Assembly: GCA_963716855.1 (NCBI GenBank)
Contig: CAVQUV010000011.1
Span: forward strand, 64,378 to 128,377
Reading direction: 5' to 3'
DNA length: 64,000 bases
From: an uncultured beta proteobacterium
GTDB lineage: Bacteria; Pseudomonadota; Gammaproteobacteria; Burkholderiales; SG8-39
The notes beneath the pieces were generated by a model, which was given only the letters and a program-made list of their open reading frames with translations, did no database searches and was not told the origin of the DNA. Each line of letters opens with the position of its first letter. Positions within the stretch are counted from its first letter, which is position 1. A program made the translations under genes and the position numbers. Positions 49,998 to 58,274 of the stretch are shown in pieces.

Positions 49998-50831
49998 ATG
50001 TCCGCAGTCCTTTCCGCCAGCCCGCCGGCCGTCGACCTCGCGGCCGTCAAGGGCCGGCAACAAGCCGCCTGGTCCGCCGGCGACTACGCCGTCGTCGGCA
50101 CCACGCTGCAGATCGTCGGCGAGTCCCTTTGCGAGGCGCTCGATCTGCGTCCCGGGGAGCGGGTGCTCGACGTCGCCGCCGGAAACGGCAATGCGACCCT
50201 CGCCGCGGCGCGGCGCTGGACCGATGTCACCTCGACCGATTACGTCCCGGCGCTGCTCGAGCGTGGGCGCGCCCGGGCGAGCGCCGAAGGCCTGCCGGTC
50301 CAGTTCGAGCAGGCGGACGCCGAAAATCTGCCGTATGGCGATGCGAATTTCGATGTCGTGCTGTCCACCTTCGGCGTGATGTTCACGCCCGACCAGGAGA
50401 AAGCCGCCTCCGAAATGGCGCGAGTCTGCAAACCGGGCGGCAAGATCGGCCTCGCCAACTGGACCCCGGCGAGCTTCATCGGCCAGCTCTTCAAGCAGAT
50501 GGGCCAGTACCTGCCCCCGCCGGCCGGCGTGAAGTCGCCCGCGCTCTGGGGCACCGAAGAGCGGCTGCGCGAGCTGTTCGGCAACCGGCTCGACGCCATC
50601 GCGATCGAGCGGAAGAATTTCGTCTTCCGCTATCGCAGCCCGGCTCACTGGCTCGAGGTCTTCCGCACCTTCTACGGGCCGATGCAGAAGGCGTTCGGTG
50701 CGCTGGATTCGACCAAGCAGGAATCGCTCGCCGCAGACCTGATTGCCCTGGCCGGACGCTTCAACCGCGCGACCGACGGCTCGCTGGTCGCCCCGGGCGA
50801 GTACCTCGAGGTCGTCGTCAAGCGCAAATAG
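49998..50831 (+). CDS. class I SAM-dependent methyltransferase
   Basis: AGGAGA SD. Motif I VLDVAAGNGN. 277 aa. Confidence 0.85.
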   Translation: MSAVLSASPPAVDLAAVKGRQQAAWSAGDYAVVGTTLQIVGESLCEALDLRPGERVLDVAAGNGNATLAAARRWTDVTSTDYVPALLERGRARASAEGLPVQFEQADAENLPYGDANFDVVLSTFGVMFTPDQEKAASEMARVCKPGGKIGLANWTPASFIGQLFKQMGQYLPPPAGVKSPALWGTEERLRELFGNRLDAIAIERKNFVFRYRSPAHWLEVFRTFYGPMQKAFGALDSTKQESLAADLIALAGRFNRATDGSLVAPGEYLEVVVKRK

Positions 50832-50979
50832 TCGGACATCGGCCGCGAGGCGTTCGGAAGAAACGCGGCCGATGCGAGACCGTTTGAGATCACATCCCGT
50901 TCCGGACAGGGGATGTTGGTTTCCTGAGAGTCGAAGGAAAGCAGAACAATTTCATGGCCCACAAGAGGAGTGAACGACT

Positions 50980-51342
50980 ATGACGACTACCCTATACCAG
51001 CGACTGGGCGGCGCCAACGGCATTGCCAGACTCGTGGACGATGTTGTCGCGGCCCACTTGGCAAATCCCGTCGTGAAGACCCGATTCGAGAACATTAAGG
51101 ACCTGGACAACCTCAAGAAGATGGCACGGCAGTTTTTCGGCGCCGGGTCCGGCGGCCCGGAAACCTACACGGGCAAGGACATGCCCACCGCGCACAAGGG
51201 CATGAACATCAGCGAACAGGAGTACCTGGCGGTGACCGATGACATCGTGGGTGCGATGGAGAAGAATGGCCTGGGCGAGGACACGAAGAAGGACGTGATT
51301 GCGATTCTCTATTCGCTCAAGGGCGGGATCATCCGCGTCTGA
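50980..51342 (+). CDS. glbN: group 1 truncated haemoglobin
   Basis: MTTTLYQRLGGANGIARLVDDVVAAHLANP...MPTAHKGMNISEQEYLAV. 120 aa, 2-on-2 globin pattern. Confidence 0.85.
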   Translation: MTTTLYQRLGGANGIARLVDDVVAAHLANPVVKTRFENIKDLDNLKKMARQFFGAGSGGPETYTGKDMPTAHKGMNISEQEYLAVTDDIVGAMEKNGLGEDTKKDVIAILYSLKGGIIRV

Positions 51343-51470
51343 GTAGCCAAGTCGTTGAAAGCTCGCGTCCAGCAACTGCTTATGGCCGTCCGGCTGCGCC
51401 GGCGGCTGTAAGCAGGCTGTCAAGCCACGGACTCCTGATCTGCCGGTTCGCGCTACAGTACGCGCCCGCT

Positions 51471-52246
51471 ATGGAGTCCCGCCCCATGAAGTCTCGCGCC
51501 ATCCCGTCGTCCCTGGCGGTTGCATTGCTCGTCGTCGGCGCGCTCGCCGGCTGCGCGGGCCTGTCGGACCCGAAGCCGGCGGCCGATTACGCCGCGATCG
51601 TCGCCGCGCCCGATCGCAGCGACGCCGACCGGAAGACCGACGGGCGGCGCGATCCGGTAAAGCTCTTCGCGTTCACCGGCGTAGGCCCGGGCATGACGGT
51701 GCTCGAGATGGGCGCGGGCGGCGGGTACACGGCGGAGATGCTCGCGCGGGCCGTCGCACCGAACGGCAAGGTGTATGCGCAGGATCAGCCGCCGGTGATG
51801 CAGCGCGCGAGCGACGCATTCGCGAACCGCGCGAAAGAGCGCCGGCGATGAAGAACGTCGACTACGTGCTGCGCCCGTTCGAGGATCCGCTCCCGCCGGG
51901 GGTGGGCAATCTCGATGCGATCACGTTCTTCTTCGCGTATCACGACACGGTGCACATGGGCGTCGACCGCGCGAAGATGAATCGGCGTCTCTACGAGCTG
52001 CTGAAGCCCGGCGGCGTGCTCATCGTCGCGGACCACGCCGCGCGCGCCGGCGACGGCATCGGGGTCACGAAGAGCCTGCACCGGATCGAGGAGGCGTCGC
52101 TCACCAAGGAGATCGAAGCGGCCGGGTTCAAGCTGGTCGCGACCGGCGAGTTCCTGCGCCATCCGGAGGACCAGCGCGACGTGATCGTGTTCCGCGCGCC
52201 GACGCCGGTGGACGAGTTCGTGCTGAAGTTCCAGAAGCCCCGGTAA
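51471..52246 (+). pseudogene. lipoprotein-type class I SAM-dependent methyltransferase, one frameshift
   Basis: ORF 51471..51851 (signal/lipobox LAGC, motif I VLEMGAGGGYT) and ORF 51848..52246 (..LKPGGVLIVADH..) are two halves of one family protein. Junction at about 51835-51845. Confidence 0.75.
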
Positions 52247-52356
52247 CTACCCGGGGCCGTCGGCCGCGCTACGCGGGCGACCGAAACACCGCGCCGGCGC
52301 CAGCCACCGGGCTCTGCGCGCGACGGGGAGAACGGGGGTAAAGTCCGGCGCATCCG

Positions 52357-54030
52357 ATGGCCTGCGATCTCCTCATCCGGAACGGCACGCTGATCGACGG
52401 CACCGGCGCGCCGGCGCGCCGCGCCGACGTGGCCATCGCGGGCGGGCGGATCGTCGAAATCGGCGACCTGTCGGGGCCCGCTGGCAGGGTGATCGACGCC
52501 GCCGGCCTTGCCGTCGCGCCCGGATTCATCGACCCGCACACGCACTACGACGCGCAGATCTGCTGGGACGGCGCGGTGACGCCTTCGTCCTGGCACGGCG
52601 TGACCTCGGTCGTGATGGGCAACTGCGGCGTCGGCATCGCACCCTGCCGCCCCGAAGCGCGCGAGATCGCGATGCGGGACCTCGTCAACGTGGAAGCGAT
52701 CCCCTTCGAGGTGCTCGACAAGGGCATCACGTGGGACTGGGAGAGCTTCCCGCAGTATCTGGACGCCGCCGCCGCGCGCAGGCCATCGCTCAACCTCGCC
52801 TTCCTCGCGCCGCTCACGCCCTTCCGCCATTACGTCATGGGCGAGGCCTCGATGGAGCGGGCCGCATCGCCGGAGGAAACGGCGCAGATCAAGGCGCTGC
52901 TTGGCGCGGCGATCGACGCCGGCGCCTTCGGCTTTTCCAGCACCATCCTCAATCAGCACCTCGGCTTCCAGGGCCGGCCGCTCGCCTGCCGCAACGCGAG
53001 CCGCGGGGAATTGAAGGCCTACGCCAACGCGCTCCGGGAACGGGGCAAGGGCGCGATCGAGATCGCGCTCACGCGCCAGATCGCCGTGCTGGAGGACGAC
53101 GGGCTGGAGCTGCTCGACCTGCTGCTCCGCGAGAGCGCGCGCCCGGTCACCTTCATCGCCATGTTCGACCGCGACGACCTGCCCGACGCGGTGCGCGAGA
53201 CGCTGCGCAAGGCGGCGCCGATGATCGCGCGCGGCGCGCGGCCGCAGACCTCGCCGCTGCCGCTCACGCGCGAGATCAACATGCGCAGTCCCTTCTCGTT
53301 CGCCGCCTTCCCGTCGTGGAAGCGCGTGTTCGAGGACAAGTCGAAGGCGGCGCAGGCGGCGGTCTACCGCGATCCCGCCTTCCGCAACCAGTTCCGCGAG
53401 GAGCTCAAGCGCCCCGCGGCCTTCGGCAACTGGGCGCGCATCACGGTGCACGAGGTGAAGTCCGAGGCGCTGAAGCAGCTGGAAGGGCAGACGGTCGCCG
53501 AGATCGCGGCCGCGCAGGGCAAGGACGGCGTCGACGCCTTCCTCGACCTTACGCTGGCGGATGATCTCGACAACGAGTTCACGATGGCCTCGTTCAACAC
53601 GCGCGTCGACCGCGTGAGCGAGCTGCTGAACGATCCGAGCGTGCTGATCGGTCTCGGCGACGGCGGCGCCCACCTCGACATGCTGTGCGACTCGGGCTAT
53701 CCCACCTACGTGCTCGGGACCTGGGTGCGCGAGCGCAAGGTGCTGACGCTCGAAGAGGCGGTGCGCCGCATGACCTCGGACCCCGCCGATTTCTACGGCA
53801 TCACGGACCGCGGGCGCCTGAAGCCGGGCCTTGCCGCGGACATCGCCATCTTCGATCCGGCAACGGTCGGCTCGGTCGGCCGTCCCGAGCGGCGCTACGA
53901 CCTTCCGGGCGGCGCGAAGCGGATGGTGATGCGCTCGCAAGGCATCGAGTACACCGTCGTGAACGGCGCGGTCACCTGGGAGCGGGGTGCGCTCACCGGC
54001 GCTGCGGCGGGACGCGTGCTGCGGTCCTGA
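52357..54030 (+). CDS. N-acyl-D-amino-acid deacylase (D-aminoacylase) family amidohydrolase
   Basis: MACDLLIRNGTLIDGTGAP...GFIDPHTHYD metal site. 557 aa. Confidence 0.85.
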   Translation: MACDLLIRNGTLIDGTGAPARRADVAIAGGRIVEIGDLSGPAGRVIDAAGLAVAPGFIDPHTHYDAQICWDGAVTPSSWHGVTSVVMGNCGVGIAPCRPEAREIAMRDLVNVEAIPFEVLDKGITWDWESFPQYLDAAAARRPSLNLAFLAPLTPFRHYVMGEASMERAASPEETAQIKALLGAAIDAGAFGFSSTILNQHLGFQGRPLACRNASRGELKAYANALRERGKGAIEIALTRQIAVLEDDGLELLDLLLRESARPVTFIAMFDRDDLPDAVRETLRKAAPMIARGARPQTSPLPLTREINMRSPFSFAAFPSWKRVFEDKSKAAQAAVYRDPAFRNQFREELKRPAAFGNWARITVHEVKSEALKQLEGQTVAEIAAAQGKDGVDAFLDLTLADDLDNEFTMASFNTRVDRVSELLNDPSVLIGLGDGGAHLDMLCDSGYPTYVLGTWVRERKVLTLEEAVRRMTSDPADFYGITDRGRLKPGLAADIAIFDPATVGSVGRPERRYDLPGGAKRMVMRSQGIEYTVVNGAVTWERGALTGAAAGRVLRS

Positions 54031-54079
54031 ATACGCGCGCTGCGGCGTCTTGCTTGTCCACCTGAGGAGGGGGGTACGT

Positions 54080-55060
54080 ATGCGCCAGAACATCGTTGTG
54101 CTCGCAGCCGCCGCGCTCGCCCTGAGCGCAGGCTTGATCCCCGGAAATACCGCGCATGCGCAGAGCTTCCCCACGCGGCCGGTCACCATCGTCGTGCCCT
54201 ATCCGCCCGGCGGACTGATCGACCTGGTGGCGCGCATCATTCAGCCGCGGTTGCAGGCCGAGCTCGGCCAGTCGGTGGTCATCGACAACCGCTCGGGCGC
54301 CGGAGGCAACGTCGGCGCCGAGGCGGTCGTGCGCGCAGCGCCGGACGGGCACACCCTGCTGCTCGCCAATCCGTCGCTCGGCATCAGCCCGCACATCTAT
54401 CCCAACCTGAGCTACCGGCCGCTCACCGACTTCGCCTACGTCGGGCAGTACGGCACGGTGCCCAACGTGCTGGTCGTGCATCCCTCGCTGCCGGTGAAGT
54501 CGGTGCAGGAGCTGATCGCGTACGCGCGCAAGAATCCCGGCAAGCTCAACTACGCTTCGAACGGCTTCGGCACTTCGCCGCAGATGTCGATGGAGCTGTT
54601 CAAGGGCATGACCGAGACCTTCATCGTGCACATTCCGTTCCGGGGCAGCGGCCCGGCCACCGCCTCGATCCTTGCCAACGAGACGCAGCTGATGTTCGAC
54701 AACGTCCCGCCGCAGCTGCCGCACATCAAGGCGGGCAAGGTGCGCCCGCTGGCGGTCACCAGCCTGGAGCGCTCCAAAGCGCTGCCCGAGATTCCGACGC
54801 TCGACGAGGTCGGCCTGAAGGGCTATCAGGTCACGGCCTGGTTCGGACTGGTCGCGCCGGCGAAGACGCCGCGCGAGGTGGTGATGCGGCTCAACCAGGC
54901 CCTGAACCGCACGACGCAGGACCCCCAGGTGAACGAGAGCCTCGTGTCGCGCGGCGCCACGGTGATCCAGGGTACCCCCGAGGACTTCTACAACTTCGTG
55001 AAGGCCGAGATCGAGAAGTGGGGCCCGGTGGTGAAGCGCGCCGGCGTGGTCGCCGAATAG
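54080..55060 (+). CDS. Bug-family (TctC-like) tripartite tricarboxylate transporter substrate-binding protein
   Basis: GAGGAGG SD. Signal peptide, then FPTRPVTIVVPYPPGGLIDLVARI..DNRSGAGGNVG, typical of Bug receptors. Confidence 0.9.
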   Translation: MRQNIVVLAAAALALSAGLIPGNTAHAQSFPTRPVTIVVPYPPGGLIDLVARIIQPRLQAELGQSVVIDNRSGAGGNVGAEAVVRAAPDGHTLLLANPSLGISPHIYPNLSYRPLTDFAYVGQYGTVPNVLVVHPSLPVKSVQELIAYARKNPGKLNYASNGFGTSPQMSMELFKGMTETFIVHIPFRGSGPATASILANETQLMFDNVPPQLPHIKAGKVRPLAVTSLERSKALPEIPTLDEVGLKGYQVTAWFGLVAPAKTPREVVMRLNQALNRTTQDPQVNESLVSRGATVIQGTPEDFYNFVKAEIEKWGPVVKRAGVVAE

Positions 55061-55066
55061 GGGCGC

Positions 55067-55843
55067 TCAACCGGTCCCGTCGCGACGACGGTTGGCCGGG
55101 TCGATCGCGTCGTCCTGCGTCAGCGCGAGAAGCGCGTCGGCGTACCAGGCGCAGTTGAGGTCCAGGCGTTCATCCTGCTGCACGTCCCGATCGGCGACGT
55201 CCATCCGGGCGGCGTGGACGCCGAGCAGCATCCACGGGAGTTCCGCTCGACCGGCGCCTTGGGTCGCATCGCGCGCCACCACCGGTGCGCCGCTCGTGCC
55301 GCGGTGCATCCGTGCATCGGTCAGGAAATAGCCGTTGCCCTGAAACCGGATCCCGAACGCCGAGGCGATGACCGCCTGCCGCGCGACCGGCAGGCGATGC
55401 AGGGTGTCGTGAAAGCCCAGCGGGAAGCCGACGATCAGCACCGATGTTCCGACTTCGATCTGATCGAGCTGCTTCACCAGGTGAGCGGGCGTAAACGGGT
55501 GAGAGAGCAGCGATTCCGGCAGGGCCTGACGTTCGAGCTCTACGGCGACCACGTCGATCGTGCCGGCCGAGTCCCGCACCTCCCGCCAGACCGGAGTCCG
55601 GTTCCGGTAGAGCGGGATCGAGAACTGCGTCGTCAGCGCCACGTTCTCCGGCGCCACGTGCAGCTCGATCTCCAGCCGGTCCGGGCGATGACCGCTCGCC
55701 TCGTCGAGCACTACGTGCCGGTTCGTCACGAGGAACAGCCGGTGATCCCGCTCGAAGAAGAAGCCGGTCGCGTTCGTCAGGCGCTGCTGTCCGAACAGCG
55801 TCGTGACCCGAGTCACGGCGAGCAGCAGCGATTCGATCATCAT
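55067..55843 (-). CDS. cytoplasmic trypsin-like (S1) serine protease
   Basis: No signal peptide. Triad contexts TNRHVV (His), IDVVAVEL (Asp) and HRGTSGAPVV (Ser). Its start overlaps the upstream methyltransferase stop by 4 nt. Confidence 0.7.
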   Translation of the reverse strand: MMIESLLLAVTRVTTLFGQQRLTNATGFFFERDHRLFLVTNRHVVLDEASGHRPDRLEIELHVAPENVALTTQFSIPLYRNRTPVWREVRDSAGTIDVVAVELERQALPESLLSHPFTPAHLVKQLDQIEVGTSVLIVGFPLGFHDTLHRLPVARQAVIASAFGIRFQGNGYFLTDARMHRGTSGAPVVARDATQGAGRAELPWMLLGVHAARMDVADRDVQQDERLDLNCAWYADALLALTQDDAIDPANRRRDGTG

Positions 55844-56469
55844 GCGCGCCTCCGCCAGACGCTCGCCAGCCAGGGCTGCCGTTCGCGCGGCAGGCCGGCG
55901 GGACGGTAGTAGTGAGCGAGCTCGACGAACCCCGCGGCCGACAGGTAGCGGCGCCAATTCTCGAGATCGTGGTACGCCCCGTAGCGTCCGCCGCTCCAGC
56001 CTTCTGCATTGTGGCCGTGAGGGTTCGAGCTGAAGAGCACCCCGCCCGGCTTCAGCGTTGCGTGCAATTCCAGCAACACGCGCGGCAATTCCTGGCTGGG
56101 GACGTGAAACAGTGCGGCGTTCGCGAACACGCCGTCGAACCGCCCCTGCGGCAGGTCGAGCTTGAGGAAGTCCTGCTGCCATACCTCGCAGCCGCTGTCG
56201 GCACGCGCCATCTCGGCGAAGCGCGCGGCGCCCTCCAGGCCGACCGCGGTGTGGCCGAGGTCGGTAAACACTTTGAGATCGCGCCCCGGTCCGCAGCCGA
56301 GGTCGAGGATCGTGAACGGCGGCGCGCCCTCGATGTATCGCAGCAGCGCGGCGATATTCTGGCTGACGTCGTGATCCTGCGTGCCTTGCCGGAAATCCTC
56401 GGCACGCTGGTTGTAATGCTCGAGCGTGAGATCGGCGATCTCGTCCAGGTCTCGCCCACTCAGCTTCAT
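55840..56469 (-). CDS. class I SAM-dependent methyltransferase
   Basis: Start MKLSGRDLDEI. Motif I ILDLGCGPGRD and LKPGGVLF. 209 aa. Confidence 0.8.
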   Translation of the reverse strand: MKLSGRDLDEIADLTLEHYNQRAEDFRQGTQDHDVSQNIAALLRYIEGAPPFTILDLGCGPGRDLKVFTDLGHTAVGLEGAARFAEMARADSGCEVWQQDFLKLDLPQGRFDGVFANAALFHVPSQELPRVLLELHATLKPGGVLFSSNPHGHNAEGWSGGRYGAYHDLENWRRYLSAAGFVELAHYYRPAGLPRERQPWLASVWRRRA

Positions 56470-56661
56470 GTCGCATTCACCGCCGCGCGGCCCTTCCGCT
56501 CGGCCCGATTCCAATTGCCCTTGTGGCGTACGACGAGCGCCTTCATGGCGACGATGATACGGGACCGCCAGCGAGCGGGGCGTCAGCCGCTCTTGGTCGA
56601 CGCAGGCCCCTAAAGCGGCCACCTACCCAGGAAGGTAGAGTTGCTCAGCGAGTGGCGCCGC

Positions 56662-56964
56662 TCACTGCGGGACTCCCCTCACAAGCGGAATGCGCTCAAC
56701 AGGAAAATTCCCTTCCCAACCGCAGCCCATCGACCGGCAGCGATAACGGTGTCGCGGCCGGATCAGGCTGATCACGCGGTCGATAAGCCGGCGCTTCACG
56801 CGGATGAGATCGGCAGACCACCCGGAGCCACGACATCGCGGGCACTTAAGTTGGAGAGATGCTTCCACTGCTTCCTCGCGATCGTAGTTAAAGAAAAGGC
56901 CCGGAACGGGGAGACCGAAACCGGGCCAAGTAATGCAGGTGTTCATCAGGGAGGAGCTAAACAC
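56662..56964 (-). CDS. small zinc-ribbon protein
   Basis: CPRCRGS ... YRCRSMGCGWEG forms a CxxC...CxxxC pair. Start is either GTG at 56964 or ATG at 56943. Confidence 0.5.
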   Translation of the reverse strand: MFSSSLMNTCITWPGFGLPVPGLFFNYDREEAVEASLQLKCPRCRGSGWSADLIRVKRRLIDRVISLIRPRHRYRCRSMGCGWEGNFPVERIPLVRGVPQ

Positions 56965-56972
56965 CTGTCGCT

Positions 56973-57015
56973 ATCATCCCCGCGCTCCCCCAGAGAGTCT
57001 GTGCGCTAGCGTACT
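56973..57015 (-). promoter_or_regulatory. box TGTGCGCTAGCGTACT (57000-57015), then 21 nt, then GATGAT (rc of 56973-56978): predicted promoter of the zinc-ribbon gene
   Basis: 16-mer identical to the one at 38411-38426. Confidence 0.5.
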
Positions 57016-57164
57016 TAGGGCGCAGTGGGGTCTCCCGCAACGTAGCTCACCTTCGCCCGCCGCAGGGCCTGCACGCCGAAATCGGACGGGTTGCCGCCAA
57101 CGGCCGTGCCGGCGAAGCACGCCAGACAACCGATCGCCAGCCGCATCAGGGTCGCGCGTCTCAT
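57015..57164 (-). CDS. possible small secreted/lipoprotein (49 aa)
   Basis: MRRATLMRLAIGCLACFAGTAVGGNPSDFGVQALRRAKVSYVAGDPTAP. No clear SD. Confidence 0.3.
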   Translation of the reverse strand: MRRATLMRLAIGCLACFAGTAVGGNPSDFGVQALRRAKVSYVAGDPTAP

Positions 57165-57652
57165 GTCTAGACGATCATCGGCGCGCGGCGACCGTAGGTC
57201 TGTACGCCGACGTACAGACCCCTCCTCTACCCCGGAGCAGGCTCGACGCGGGTTGGCCGATGCGGCGCTTCGGGCGCCGCTTGACCCGGTCGCTCGAGAG
57301 AGACTTTGCCCTGCGCTTCCTTGACGATGTGCTGGCTGGTGCGCTCCCATTTCCGGCGGCGTGCTTCATCCGACATGGCGGACGCGAGCGCAGCGTTGGG
57401 CTGAGCCGTAAGGTCGAGCGCTGACAGCAGTCGGTCGAGTTTCATGCGCTACACCACCCACCCATTCGCCCCGGTTCGGAGCACCCCCATCATAGGCCCT
57501 GGGTGGTCGGCATCCCGCGTTTGTTTTGGTGCAGGCTGAGGCGCGCGTTGCCCGCTGGCTGTTGATGGCGCGCGATCGGTTGCGCTCCAGCGAGTTCCGC
57601 GTCACGCGCAAATCACTCGCCTTCATGTATGGGAGGCATTCCTCCGACCCAA

Positions 57653-57695
57653 TGTGCGCTGCCGCACCGAGCGCTGTCGGCGCTTGAGCTAGCTT
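57653..57695 (+). promoter_or_regulatory. box TGTGCGCTGCCGCACC (57653-57668), then 21 nt, then TAGCTT (57690-57695): predicted promoter of the YeaQ-like gene
   Basis: 13/16 match to the consensus and exact 21-nt spacing. Confidence 0.5.
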
Positions 57696-57760
57696 CGCGG
57701 ATCGCGCGCCGACCCCGGCGCTGCCTCGCTCGATCTCCCAACTCGCAGCGGAGCGAATAG

Positions 57761-58075
57761 TTGTCAAGACAGGAGACCGTCATACCCACATCAACTTGGA
57801 TCATCGTAGGGCTGGCCGTGGGGTTCCTTGCCAGCACGTCCGTCATCCGGTCGAGCCACGGTCTCGTCATGGATCTGGGTCTCGGCATCGCTGGCGCGGT
57901 CAGCGCTGGCTTGCTCTTCAGCGCCCTTGACGCGTCGGGAGCGACCGGGCTCGACGTGCTCGGTCTGGTGGTGACCGTCAGCGGTGCGGGCGCGGCGCTC
58001 GTCGCGTTCCACGCCGTGTTTCCCAATGCCCCGCAGGACTCGTGGCAAGCCCGTGAGCGGAGCCCCCGCCACTAG
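57761..58075 (+). CDS. GlsB/YeaQ/YmgE-family membrane protein, start codon uncertain
   Basis: ..TWIIVGLAVGFLASTSVIRSSHGLVMDLGLGIAGAVSAGLLF.. is homologous to 61313..61573. The ORF opens with TTG at 57761, but AGGAG (57771-75) is positioned for ATA at 57782, which aligns with the ATG of the paralogue. Confidence 0.65.
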   Translation: MSRQETVIPTSTWIIVGLAVGFLASTSVIRSSHGLVMDLGLGIAGAVSAGLLFSALDASGATGLDVLGLVVTVSGAGAALVAFHAVFPNAPQDSWQARERSPRH

Positions 58076-58274
58076 CGTGCGCCTGACGCTCGGTGGCGAC
58101 CGAGCGCGGAAGTATGCGAAAGCGCTCGAAAAATCGCGGAGTTTCGCGTAAAGTGCGGGGCTGTGCTGCAATGCAGCACCTCGCCCCCGACCCTTTTCCA
58201 GGTTCCGTCGAAAGATTTCCTTTCGGTTTGGCATCGCGGCTTCAGGTTGGTGCCGATTACATGAAAGGACGTCC

